From assembly GCA_030324005.1 (NCBI GenBank), contig JARDVH010000132.1, positions 122,498,172 to 122,562,171 of the forward strand: a stretch of DNA of 64,000 bases, written 5' to 3'. Every line of letters starts with the position of its first letter. Position 1 is the first letter of the stretch. The notes beneath the pieces are model-generated. The model searched no databases. It saw nothing but the letters and a program-made list of their open reading frames with translations, and was not told the origin of the DNA. This document shows, piece by piece, positions 25,534 through 38,469 of this stretch. The position numbers were made by a program, and so were the translations under genes. This stretch comes from Negaprion brevirostris (taxonomy: Eukaryota).

Positions 25534-25844
25534 CTGTCCAAACAGCAAAATTAAATTGATAACTGAGCATTGAGTGAGCACTGAACAAACATCCTACAAA
25601 ATCATTTTTAGTTCACAGCACAGAGAAAACCAATAGATTACTGAGAAAGAAGAAAACATTGCAGAATTTTGTAAACCCTCACCCAAGCATGATGAATATC
25701 ATAGTGGAGTGGTTAGTCTTAAAATTTATTTTTCTCAGCGTATTCCATTGATACACTGACCTCAAGAGTTCTTGGGCATAGAGACTGCTTGAGCTTTCGG
25801 TGGAACCCATATCAGAATTTTGTCCCATTCGTCCTTACTCAAAA

Positions 25845-26130
25845 TTACAGCGCCAGGGACCCCAGGTTCAATTCTGGCTTTGGGTGACTTGTCTGTGTGC
25901 AGATTGCACGTTCTCCCCATGTCTGCACAGTCCAAAGGATTGGCCGTGCTAAATTGCCCCTTAGTGTCCCATGATGTGCAGATTAGATGTCTTAGACATG
26001 GTAAATGCTAAATGTGGGGGATTACAGGGACAGAGTGGGAGAAAAGGGCCTGGTAAAGAAACTCTATCAGAGTTGGTGCAGGCTCGATGGGGCGAATGGC
26101 CTCCTTCACTGTAAGAATTCTGTGATGATT
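25845..26130 (+). mobile_element. HE1-like V-SINE
   Basis: cagcgccagggacccaggttcaattc...gaatggcctccttcactgtaagaattct. Confidence 0.8.
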
Positions 26131-26884
26131 CCAGAATGGGGAAGAGGGAAAGAAAACTGGGGTAGCTCTCTCCACTCCATCAATTCCCCTCCTTTTCAAA
26201 AGGAATTTCCTGGCTACTCTTAAGAAATGCTGCCTTTTAAGCCCTTGATAGTTCTCCACAGAACTCATACTAAATCATTGAAGTTATTCAAGATTGAGTT
26301 AATTTTTGATTGACAAGGGAGTCAAACATTGTGGGGGGAGGGTTGGGGAAAGATGGAATTAACATCATGTCTAATCCAACTGTGGTCTCATTGAATGACA
26401 GAGCACACTTAAAGGGCCAAATAGTCTATGCGTGCTCCAAAGTCCTATGTTGTTTCGTTCCTATGTGGCATGTGTTCTGATAGATTGAATACAGCAGTCT
26501 GAACCTTAAATTGGAGGAATGGCACCATCCTCAGAGGTCTGCTTGCTCCACTGGGTGTAAAAGACGTAGAGAATTTATTTGAGTCCTTCATTGATACACA
26601 CATCATGCCCACCCTAGCCATGCAAATGATCCTACTGCCACAAATTAGGACTGGATCCACAAAATGGCATGGCCAACTAAGAAATTCTACATCATCATCA
26701 TTACATTGGCACAGCATAACCACAGAAGTGTCAGAGCCAATGACCTACCGTAGAGTCTATACTTATCATCCCTTTCACCCTCCTATCATATTTAGTAAAG
26801 GAGATTTTGGGTTGAAATAAGGACTCATCACATTTCATCTGCTACAATACTTTCCTTCCATGGTGAACCTGAAACATCACTGAC

Positions 26885-27136
26885 CTTTCTCAGCCTCACA
26901 TTCTGGAGATGAGGCTCCACTGCACTCACTGCGAGGCCCCAGAATGGGAGAGCCCATGGCACATTCAGACACAGGACTCAACAGTTCCAAGCTGGGGGGC
27001 CGATTTCCTGGGGGGAAAGGGGTCGGGGGATCAAACGGACTAGTTGGACAAGAACTCGAACAGAACTCAGACTGGCTCTCCGAATCTTCAGAGACAGGGC
27101 TGCTGCAGTTATCGTCTTCGAATATTTCAGATGTCA
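26885..27136 (-). CDS. SH3BP5: SH3BP5 exon, (M)TSEIFEDDNCSS...RPPSLELLSP...LGPRSECSGASSPECEAEK (JNK docking motif KIM1)
   Basis: ttttgcag acceptor, gtcagt donor; LGPRSECSGASSPEC matches Sab; 252 nt, phase 1 to 1. Confidence 0.95.
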
Positions 27137-27559
27137 CTGCAAAATGAGAAAGATGTTACAGAATAATCAGCTGGAATTTATATTAAGAAATCCATCATCA
27201 CACTGCGTTCAGCCTCATTAGATTAGACAATTTATTCAACAAAATTAAAGAGGCATTTCTAATTTAAAATGACAACATTGTGTACTTGGCGTTATCAGAG
27301 ATCATGCATAAAAACCTTCAGTGGGTTTGATATCTGTGTCACTGCTTCTGATTATAGTGTGTTGCCACTAAACAGTCCAATGATTTCATTAGGTATTCTC
27401 AAATGCCATTTGAACTATTTAACATGCAAATCCATTGAGATAGTGCTTTTGTGCAGCAATAAACCAGAATCATCAAAATTTACAACAGTGGGAGTTCATT
27501 TAATCCATTAAATCTGTGATGACTGATAAATATCTATTTAGCCTAAAGCACATTAAGTA

Positions 27560-30500
27560 GCTCTGTAGGTTACTGCGCCGTTGCTGCATATCCATTTCCT
27601 TTCAGTACAATGAGGGCTTTTGCCCCTATTGCCCTTCCAGCAGCAAATCTCAGAACCACAGCACCATCTGAGTGAAAAGATTTCTCCCCAACTCCCCACT
27701 CATCCTTCTACCAATCACATTAAAACTGCGCCCTCTGGTTCCTGACCTCGCTGCTAAAGGAAATAGAACTTCCAATCCAGTGTCCAGACTCACAAAATGT
27801 TATACACCTCAACTAAATCATCCCTCAGCTTCAGGTTCCAGAGGAATCAACCCCAACCTGACTATGCTTTCTTCATAGCTCAATTTCACTCCCGGCAACA
27901 CCTTCGCATATCCCAGTATCTTCTCCAGTGTGATGACATACTTCCTGTAACATGGTGATCAGAACTGTACACTATACTCGAGCCACAACCTTACTAGTGT
28001 TTAATATTGTTTAACATAACTTCCCTCCTTTTAAAGTCTCTACCTCAGTTAATAAACTAAAGTAGCCCGTATGCCTTTCTAATCGCCTTATCTTTCAGTC
28101 CTGCTACCCTCAGACATTACATAGGCAAGTACGTCCAGGTTTCTCTATATACCTCGGTAGCTACCGTTTATTGCACATCGCCTTATCTGGCCTCTCCCTC
28201 ATTTCTCTGGATTGAATTTCATTTGCCACTTTTCTGCTCACTTCACCAATTTATTGATATGTTTGTCTAGTCAGCAGCTTCCTTCCTCATCAATCACAAT
28301 TTGTTGTATCATCTGCAAACTTCTGAACTCTACTCACTACAGCTATAGTCTAAATGATTGATATATACCACAAAAAAAGGGATATAATACCACCCTGTGG
28401 AACCCCACTGGAAACAATGGTTTAGTCACAAAATCATTTCTTGACCACAATCCTTTACTTCCTGCCAGTGAGCCAATTTTGGATCCAACTTGCCACTTTT
28501 CCTTGCACTTTTATCTTGCTGAGGAGTCTGCTATGTGGAACTATGTCAATATTCTGTGCGTATCACATCAAATTTAGTGCCCTCATCAACCTTGCTATCT
28601 CAAAAAAAATTCAATCAAGTTAGTCAAACAAAACATGCTGATTGCCCTTGACAAATCTGTGCCTTACTAACTGATAGTTCATACTAACCCTCAAAATCTT
28701 CTCCAGCAATTTGCCCACATCGGAGCTGAGACTGACAGGCCTGTAGCGAACTGATCTCTTCTTCACTTTTTAAACAATGGTACAACAGTATTAGAAAATG
28801 ATAGTTAGTGCCTTTGCTATTTCGTCCCTTGCATCTCTTAACAACCTTGAAGATTTTAATGTTACTTGTCAACTGTCAATGCTATTTGTCCACTCTTAAA
28901 GTTGGTAAACCTCTTAGTATTTCCTCTCACACTATGTTTATCCTATCCAATATTCAGCATGCCTGCTTTGTCACACTCTTATGAAGACAATCGTGGAGTA
29001 TTCATTAATAACATACCAATGTTATCCACCTCCACCTTGCAGTTATCTTTTTGGTTTCTAAGAAGTCCTGCTCTTTTAGTTACCTTATGTATTTACAAAA
29101 TATTTTTGGATTTGCCTTCATTTTACTTAGGAAAGCAAAGACAGGACATGAAAAATATTGCTAATTTACTATTTTATTTTACCCCTACATTTTTTGTACT
29201 CCATGCTTTTTGTAGTATTTAGCACTTGCTATCCAATATTAAGCATTCCGATTTTGCTTTATCCCACTTCATGTGCTGCCGGACATCTGGGATCTCTGAA
29301 CCTGAATTTTCATCCTTTTGGGAATATATTTTCTGCTTGGACAGCTCCCATTGCTCAGATACTAGATTATCTTCAAATCATTTGTTCCTGTCTATTTTTG
29401 CCAAATCACATCTCAACTTAGTAAAATAAACCTTTCCCCAAATGAGAACTTTTATTTCTGGTCTATTTCTTTCCTTTCTAATAACTATGCTAAATCTAAC
29501 TGAATTACTCTTCCCCTACTTTCCTGCCTGCCCAGTTTCATTCCCTGAAACAAAGTCCAGAAATCCCTCTTGTTGGACTTATGAACATACAGAATAGGAG
29601 CAGAAGCAGGCCATTTGGCCCCACACTTTGTCAAGACCATTCAGGATTTTATACACTTCAATCAATTCATCCTGTCGCTCTAAATTCCAGTGGAGTTTTA
29701 AAGCCCAACCGATCCTCATAAGACAACTTACTCATTCCAGGAAGCTGCTCTGAACAACCTCCAATGCAGTTACACCCTTCCTTCAATAAAGAGACCAAAA
29801 TTGCACACAGTATTTGAGATGTGGGCTCACCAATGCCCTGTATAACTGAGGCTTAACATCCCTATTTTATGTTCCTCAAATAAAGGCTAACATTCCATTA
29901 GTCTTCTTGACTATGTGCTGAATCTACAAACTAACCTTTTTGTGACTCATGCACTAGAGGACATAGATCTCTCTGCCTTGTGGAATTCTGGAGTCATTCT
30001 TCATTTAAGTAATATTCTGCTTTTTTATTCTTCCTGCCAAAGTAAACAGCTTTACATTTTCCCAAATTATACTCCATCTGCCAGATTTCTGCCTAGTCAC
30101 TCAACCTATACTTTCCTAACTATCTTTGTGTCTCTGGGTTTGTACTCATTGGCGTTTAGAAGGATGAGGGGGTCCTTATTGAAATTTACAGGGTACTGCA
30201 AGGCCTGGATAGAATGTTTCCATTAGTAGGAAAACCAGAGGGCACAACCTCAGGCTAAAGGGACAATCCTTTAAAACGGAGATGAGGAGGAATTTTTTCA
30301 GCCAGAGAATGGTGAATCTGTGGAACTCTGCTGCTGAAGGCTGTGGAAGCCAGGTCACAGTGTCTTTAAGACAGAGATAGATAGGTTCTTGATTAATAAG
30401 GGGATCATGGTTATGGGGAAAAGGCAGGAGAGTGGGGATGAGAAAAATATCACCCATGATTGAATGGCAGAGCAGACTCAATGGGCCAAGTGGNNNNNNN

Positions 30501-32200
30501 NNNAAATTAAGCTACCATGCCTTCACTCCCCTCATCTTAGTTATTAATGTAAATTGTAAAAAAGTTGAGGCTCCATCACAGACCCCTGAAGAACTCCATT
30601 CATTACATCCTGCCAATCAGATAAACACTTATGCAAACTCTGTTTTCTGCCAGCCATCCAACGTCCTGTCCAAGCTAATATATTACCCCCCCCCCGACAC
30701 CATGAACATTTATTTTTGGTAATAACCTTGATGTAGCTGATATTAAATTCCTTTTGGAANNNNNNNNNNNNNNNNNNNNNNNNNNNNNNNNNNNNNNNNN
30801 NNNNNNNNNNNNNNNNNNNNNNNNNNNNNNNNNNNNNNNNNNNNNNNNNNNNNNNNNNNNNNNNNNNNNNNNNNNNNNNNNNNNNNNNNNNNNNNNNNNN
30901 NNNNNNNNNNNNNNNNNNNNNNNNNNNNNNNNNNNNNNNNNNNNNNNNNNNNNNNNNNNNNNNNNNNNNNNNNNNNNNNNNNNNNNNNNNNNNNNNNNNN
31001 NNNNNNNNNNNNNNNNNNNNNNNNNNNNNNNNNNNNNNNNNNNNNNNNNNNNNNNNNNNNNNNNNNNNNNNNNNNNNNNNNNNNNNNNNNNNNNNNNNNN
31101 NNNNNNNNNNNNNNNNNNNNNNNNNNNNNNNNNNNNNNNNNNNNNNNNNNNNNNNNNNNNNNNNNNNNNNNNNNNNNNNNCTCTCTCCTGTCCACCTCCT
31201 GATTTACAGCTCTTACTGGAATTTTTTGTGCATCTTCTACTGTGAACACAAAGAAAATTTTTGTTCACTTCACCATTTCCTTATCATCTACTATTAATTC
31301 TCCATTCTCACTCTCCAGAGGACCAACATTCACTTAGCTTACTCTTTTTTAAACACCTGTAGAAACTCTTGCTATTTGTTTTTACGTTTCTAGTTATCTT
31401 CCTTTCATACTCTAATTTCTTTCTCTTGAATAACCTTTTAGTCATTCTCTGCCATTCTTTATATTCTGACCAATCATCTGGCCTGCTGCTCACCTTTGTG
31501 CAGTTATATTGTTTTTTTCTTAAGTTTGATGCTTTCTCTAAATTCTCTCGTTAACCACAGATGTTAGGTCCTTCCTTTAGAATTTTTTCTTTATAACAGA
31601 AGTATAGTTATTGAGTATTTTGAAATATCCCCTTAAATGTCCACCACTGTTTTTCTATGAATCTAACCCCCAGCCCATTATCCCAAACCTCAGCTTTCAT
31701 GCCCATATAGTTGCCCTTAGTTATGTTTAAAATTCTAGTCTTGGATCCACTCTTCTCCCCCTCAAACTGGATGTAAATTCAGTAGCATTGTGCTTGCTGC
31801 TACCTTTAATTTGAGAACATGAATTAATCCTGTCATATTACCATGTCTGATGTAACCTGCTGTCTTGTTGGTTCCAGGCTTGCTATGTGCTGGCTAAAAA
31901 ACATCTTGAATGCATTTTAAAATTTTGCCACCCTCTTTAGGGTTTAAAATATATTACTGCTCTGCTGTTTATATCAGCATCTTAAATACATATTTTCTCT
32001 TCTATCGCTGCGTGTCTGATTTTGTGGGGAGAGAAGAGGGGGAGCGGATATCAAAGCATATTCCCAGCAGTATGGCTGTCCCAATTTTTGTTTTTCAATT
32101 CAACCCATATAGACACACTTGATGATCTTTCTCATCAACATCCCTCTGACTAATATTGCAATGCGTCCCTCTTTATTTCTCTCCTGTTTATCACACCAGA
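27560..32200 (-). mobile_element. Cluster of decayed CR1 fragments, mostly minus strand (a plus-strand 3' end at 30130-30490)
   Basis: gtatcatctgcaaactt (KFADD reversed) near 28310, ccctgtggaacccc, ccaaaattgcacacagta; interrupted by gaps. Confidence 0.65.
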
Positions 32201-32459
32201 AAAGTAGAAATGCTGAGCTGCCATTTCTACCATTCAAGACGTTTCAGCACGTTCCGTGCTTTGAAATATACCTCACTAAGCGCTGCCAAACTCTTCTGTT
32301 GATTTATTTTCTAGCCTTCGCTTCCCTTGCTTTCCACATTCATTTACTAATTTTTTTGCCTTCTAGTTCCAGTTTTGCTTCTCTCCCAAGGTTCTCATAC
32401 ATTTGTAAAGCTAGTTTAGATCCTCCCCAGCAAGCTTCCTGATGAGTCCTAACTCTGTT

Positions 32460-32685
32460 TAACCTCACATATTTACCCTGCTAATTTCCTGACACTAAAG
32501 GGCATTTTAGCATGCTAATCCACCTAACCTGCACGTCTTTGGACTGTGGGAGGAAACCGGAGCAACTGGAGGAAACCCATGCAGACAAGGGGAGAATGTG
32601 CAAACTCCACACAGACAATGATCCAAGGCCCAATTGAACCTGGGCCTTCACTGTGAGGCAGCAATGCTAACAACTGTGTCACCAC
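32460..32685 (-). mobile_element. HE1-like V-SINE
   Basis: cacctaacctgcacgtctttggactgtgggaggaaaccggagc. Confidence 0.85.
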
Positions 32686-33919
32686 TCCTTCTTCATCAGT
32701 CTGGTGATCAGCCATTGCCTGAACACTTTTAAGCTACAGGGTGATCACAGAATGTGCTATCCACATTGTTTAAAGCCACACAGACACACTGCAGTGACAC
32801 TAGCTGTTGCTCAAACTCCAAAAATGGAGCTCAGGCAACTTTAGTTGACAACACTTTCTACACATGACTTTGAAGAGATGAAAGTAAAAGCCTATATCCT
32901 TAAGAAGTGGAACGTTTCGTTTTCAATGATTCATTGATCTGTGAAAGAGCAGGGGTGGAGTATTGAGAACAGAAATCATTCAATTACTATGCCTTCATAA
33001 GGAAACGTCACACTATCTTCTACCAACACAAGATGGCTGCCTGTACCCATCTGCATAGGAGCAGAAAACTAATGGGCAAGAGACACACTGCTAGCAAACC
33101 TTGTCTTTAAAATAACTTCTGTAGAGGTTTTCAAACTAAACAATTTGAATCCAAATATTATAATAGTCATAGCTTTAGAAACCTTAAATTTAGATTCTGC
33201 CTTTAAAAATCTGTCATGTTAGGTTGTTTACCATCTGGGTACATGCAAACCTTCCAAATAAACTAGAGTTTAGCCAACTCAATATTATATGCTGAATCTG
33301 AGGATTGGATCACCAATGTCTGAAGGCTTTCAGATTGATCTGTCAGTGTTGTTGAATTGTTTCATATGACGGTACATTAACACTTTAACATTCAGAAAAT
33401 AATGAGATGAATGACCATTATTTCTTTAATTTAAAAATACATGACATTCACTTATTTCCCATTACAAATAAAAATCTTAGGCTCACAGTAGCAAGGAACT
33501 GAACTGGTCACGACAGTATGGAGTAAAACAGCACAACAGTGCCTGCAATGCGCTGGCAGCAAACGCAGTTCGGATATGTTCCATTCAACGGGGAGTGGTT
33601 ATCATCACATGATGGTGAGGTACTTTGCAAACAGCTTTCTTGAGGCACTAAGCCTTATAAAGCAGGTCTGATTCATGGAGCCAATCTTCCTCACATAATC
33701 CAGGCTAAATTTGACTACATGAAAAAATGTGTCACAATATATGACATTTTCAGACTAAAACCAGCTAAACGGCTCAAGTTTTAAGGAAGTTTCTGTCACT
33801 TATTTGCACAAAATGCAGAAAATCGGACAAATGTTCCGAGTTCTCAAATGCTGCAAAGCTTATTATTTATTTAAAAGCAGGCTGTCTCGCCATTTCTTCT
33901 GATCAGGTTAAATTCAGAA

Positions 33920-35340
33920 TCCAGTAAAGGAGGACTAAAAAGATAATAAAGAGAGAAAATACACTAAAAAAGCAAACTAGCAAGGAGTATAAAAATTAAC
34001 AATAAGATCTTCTTTAAATATATAAAAAAGGAAGCGAGAGGTCAAAGTGAACACGGACCTCTTAGAAAATGAATCTGGGGTGATAGTTATGGGGAACAAG
34101 AAAATGGTAGAGGAGTTAAACAGATATTTCTGCATCAGTATTTACGGTGAAAGATACTTCAAACATCCAATTAATACAAAGAATATTGGAAGATTTAGGT
34201 GCCATCGCCATCACTGGAGAAATAGTATTAGATAAATCAAGGGGCTAAAGACAGATAAGCCCGCAGGCCCTGCTGGCTTCATCCCAGGGTCCTTTAAAAA
34301 ACTACAGAAATAGTGGATGCATTGGATATAATGTTCCAAAAATCCTTGGATTCTGGAGAAGTACTGGAGGATTGGAAAACCAGGAATATGATACCCCTAT
34401 TCAAAAAGGGGAAGGAGGCAAAATGCAGGTAACCATAGGTTGATTAGCCTAACATCTATTGTTGGAACCAATTAAGGAATTAAAGGCAGCACATTTGGAA
34501 AATCATAATCTAATCAAGCAGAGGCAGCAAGGCCTCACGAAAGGGAAATAGTGTCTGATTAATGTATTAGTTTTTTGAGGAAGTGTCAACCAGAGTGTAT
34601 AGAGAGGGACCAGTTGATGTGTTGTACTTGGACTTCCAGAACGCATTTGACAAGGTACCTTACAAAAGGTTAAGGCACAAGATAAAAGAGTTTGTGGTGT
34701 TGGAAGTAGTATATTGGCATGGATAGACAATTGGCTAATGGACAAGAAACAGCGAGCGGGGATAAGGGGCTCTTTTCCACTTTGGGAACCTGTAACCACT
34801 GGTGTTCCACAGGGATCAATGCTAGAACTGCAACTGTCTATAATATATATTAATGACATGGAGGGAGGAAGAGAATGAACTGTAGCAGATTTGCAGATAA
34901 CACCAAAATAAGTGGAAAGGCAATTTATAAGAGGAGTAAAAACAGTTTACAAAGAGATATTGATAGGTTAAGTAAGAGGACAACTAGTTGGCAATTGGAG
35001 ATACAATGCGGGAAAATGTGAAGTTGTTCATTTTTGAAGGGATAAGAAAAAAGTTATTTAAATGGAGAAAAACTGCAAAAAGCTGCAACACAAGGGACTT
35101 GGAATACTTGTGCACAAAACACAGAAAGCTAGTATGAGATGTAGCAGGTAATCAGGAAGGCTAATAGAATGTTGGCCCTTATATCAACAAGTCAGAGTAT
35201 AAGAGTAAGAAAGTCTTGCTGCAACTGTACAAGGAACTGGTAAGACCACATCTGGAATAGTGCAAGCAGTTTTGGTCCCTTTATTTAAGGAAATAATTTA
35301 TTTCATCGGAGGCAGTTCAGAGAAGGTTCACTAGGATGAT
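33920..35340 (+). mobile_element. CR1 LINE reverse transcriptase region, pseudogenised
   Basis: YLDFQNAFDKVP (~34624), GVPQGSML (34801), FADNTK (~34890), LVRPHLE (~35237); stops and frameshifts present. Confidence 0.9.
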
Positions 35341-36440
35341 AGAACATAGAACACTACAGCACAAACAGGCCCTTCGGCCCACGAGTTGCGCCGATCACAT
35401 CAACACCTACCAATCTATAGACCTATCTATAACCCCCAATCCCATTAAACCCCATATACTCATCACATGATCTCTCTCATTTGACCATCAAGATGGGGCT
35501 GGATTGATGCGACTTCTTGCGAGCTGTGCCCAGCATTCCCTCTAATTCTATCCCTTACTCTTGTTCTAGGCTTCTAAAACTTCATTCCAACTCTTTTAAC
35601 CTCTCTAACAAATCAAATCAAATTTTCCTGGCCTTGGTTTGGTAAAGGCCTAAATATAGGGGGAAACTTTCCAACTTCTGCATTAACTCATTACAAAATC
35701 TTTCACCTCCAACAGCCCTGAGGATCACACCATCCTTTTCTTTCCCCCTCTTTTCCAATGTTTATATCCAAGCTGTTCAAGGGAAATAAGAAAACACTTC
35801 TTTTAATTTTTGCCGGTGGGTCCCGGCACAGTCAATGGGATCTCCCACTGGATCCACCCCACGCTGCCTGGGGCTAGGTCGTCGGCAGGACCAAAACAGC
35901 GGGAAGAGCGGGGAGATCCCGCCATGCGTGTGCAGTGCAGATACTGTCCAGTGGAACAAACAGTTGGTCATAACTGAGGACAGTGGGTGTATAATGGGTA
36001 ACTTAGATCACTCAGAGTCACACCCAGAGGGTGATGAATGTGTGGAATTCATTACCACAGAAAGTAGTTGAGACCAAAACATTGTGTGTGATTTTTAAGA
36101 AGAAATTAAGTATTGCCCTTGGGGGCTAAAGGAATCAAGGGATACGAGAGGGAAGTGGGATCAGGACGTTGAATTTGATGATCAGCCATGATCAAAAGGA
36201 ATGGCAGAACAAGCTTGAAGGGCCGAATGGCCTACTCCTGCTTTTAGTTTCTATGTGGATTAAAATGTGTTTTTCGTTCACTCAGAAGAAGTGGGTGTTT
36301 ATATCTTGTTTTGATATTAAAAGGGGCAAGGACTGGGTTTTGGAATTGTAAAGGCTGCCATTTCTGACCAGTTCACTACAGACTCTCACACGTACACGCT
36401 GAACTACAACTGTCCTTACCCATGAAACAGATCCTAACAT

Positions 36441-36587
36441 CAGTTAGGCCAATGGTACTGGTTAGGCCCTGCAATGCTCCAGCGAGGTCTGCAGTACTGC
36501 TGAGTCCGAGCGTTATAGTTAGGCCTGAAGCACTGGTTAGGCCTGGAGTTCTGATTAGGCCCAGATTACTGGTTCAGCCTGCATTAC
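36441..36587. repeat. Degenerate 18-bp tandem repeat, 8 units (one of 21 bp), consensus about TGGTTAGGCCTGNAGTAC
   Basis: Units start at 36441, 36459, 36480, 36498, 36516, 36534, 36552 and 36570. Confidence 0.8.
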
Positions 36588-36799
36588 TGGGCAAGATTGT
36601 TCGCAGTCCTGGCTGTGTTCACACTGGGAGGATGTTGGACTGAATGCAGAAAGTGAACCTTTCTTTGAAAAGAACACAAGGTGCCTTGGAGTTGCCAACC
36701 AGAAGCCACCTGATCTTAAGAACATAAGAAATAGGAGCAGGAGTAGGCCATCCAGCCCTTTGACCCTGCCCCTCTTTACAACTGTGGTCAAAACTCAAG

Positions 36800-37270
36800 G
36801 AGGCTCGAAGGGAATCCCAGATAAAGAAATCCGCCATGGGACGACATTTGGAATGTAATTTACGTCGCCGCGGGGGGGCGGGGGTAAACAGAAACTCCCT
36901 GTGGTTTTCTTAAAAGGTGTGACTAGCTTTCTTATCTTCTCAAACCTGGGAGAGTAGGAGTCATTCAAGTTACTGTCTGAGACTTTTAAAAGGTTAATTG
37001 CTTTGCATAAAAAGATGAAGAAGGGGACTGTAACCACCTCCCCCTCCCGATCAGGACTAACGCAGTGACGTGTTATGCATCTAAGTCTACGCGAGTACGT
37101 AACTGTAAACCTGCCTGATCTCTTGCATCCGCCTTGATTTCAGTAAAACTGCACAACTCTAAAACAATACCTCACGTGGAAGGAGGATGTGACAGTTTGG
37201 GTCCGGCAGCCATTTTGTGCTGGAGCGTATGAAGGAGGCTGTAAGACGCCATTTGTGTCAGGCAGCTCTC
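36800..37270. promoter_or_regulatory. CpG-rich promoter-like patch inside the SH3BP5 intron
   Basis: GC box ggggcgggg (~36875), TGACGT (~37066), CACGTG (37173), YY1-like GCCATTTT (37209) and CGCCATTT (37247); CpG retained against a depleted background. Confidence 0.45.
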
Positions 37271-37671
37271 TCACAGTCTGCTGAACCAGTCAGCTGCCCC
37301 CAGTGAAGGAAACTCTACTCTTCAACACTGTACAAAGAACAACACAGCACGGGAAACAGGCCCTTCGGCCCAACGAGCCCGCGCCGCCATTTCAACATTG
37401 TGAGTCCCCTCTTCCATCCATGACCCTTATCTGTAGCACTGGAGAACATTGTCTATCACCAGACTGAGTGAGCATTCTGCATCGCCCAGGAGGCTTATCT
37501 TCTCAGATAATGCAGGAGTTTGCCACTTTGATCATTTAACAGCAATTAAACTTTGACTGATTTCAGGACCTCCTCAGACTCGAACCCCCACACGGGAATA
37601 ACTGAATAGCAATCTTAAAGCACATGGTTTGCAGTGAAGAGTCATAACCATGCAAAGTGTATAACAAGCTG

Positions 37672-37990
37672 TAGAATCACTACAGTGCAGAAGTAGGCCA
37701 TTCGGTCCATCGAACCTGCACTGACAACAATCCCACCCAGGCCCTATCCCCATAATCCCATGTGTTTACCCTGCTGGTTCCCTTGATACTAAGGGACAAT
37801 TTACCATGGCAAATCCACCAAATCTGCTATCTCTGGAATGTGGGAAGAAACCGGAGCACCCAGAGGAAACCCACACAGACATGGGGAGAAAGTGCAAATT
37901 CTGCACAGACTGTTATCCAAGGCTGGAATTGAACCCGGGTTCCCGGCACTGTGAGGCAGCAGTGCTAACCTCTTGTGCCAGTGTGCTGCC
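37672..37990 (-). mobile_element. HE1-like V-SINE, full length
   Basis: Tail tagaatcactacagtgcagaagtaggccattcgg through head gaggcagcagtgctaacc. Confidence 0.88.
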
Positions 37991-38469
37991 CTGGAATGTT
38001 GATCGTGAGACATATTTACTGCAAGTTTAATCTTTACTCAGGGGGAATAGGGCTGGTGCCGAAGAAAGGGATTTAAATCATGGACAGGGGTAGATTGTTG
38101 TGTTCCAGCTCCCTCTGGCTTTTCAGGAGCATTGAGGTTTCTCATAAATTTTGCAATATTGGGATCCATTGGTGTAAAGTAGACTCTAATATAATCTTTA
38201 CTGTGAGCTAAAGGAATTGCACAAAGATGAAGACCAGCAGCAGGCAAAATAAGACTAGTAGAGGCTCAGATGGATAATAAGGTTCATTATAACCAGGGTA
38301 GAACTGAAATGCTGCTTTACGCCCAACCTTGCCCATTGGCTTCACTTGATCTTAGCTGACAGTGATCAGCCAGAACACTGCATTGCCTGACTTACAGTGC
38401 TGAGCTCCATTTCATCCAGCCACTGCTGATTCCCACTCCCACTCGTCATTGGCGAACTCAGATTTTGTT

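Noticed and set aside
30675-31268. Longest ORFs in the track (197, 168 and 163 aa) and other X-rich ORFs
   Set aside because: They are open only because they run through N gaps.
32905-33012. Other GAAACGT motifs as hammerhead candidates
   Set aside because: No YUGANRA core or stem II upstream of either.
33920-35340. Active LINE reverse transcriptase
   Set aside because: Multiple stops and frameshifts, and truncated at both ends.
36441-36587. Regularly spaced repeat as a CRISPR array
   Set aside because: Vertebrate DNA, contiguous degenerate 18-bp units, no unique spacers and no cas genes.
36574-36621. Two in-frame TGA codons upstream of the GLT-repeat frame, considered as selenocysteine
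   Set aside because: No SECIS recognised and no selenoprotein-like context; ordinary stops are more likely.
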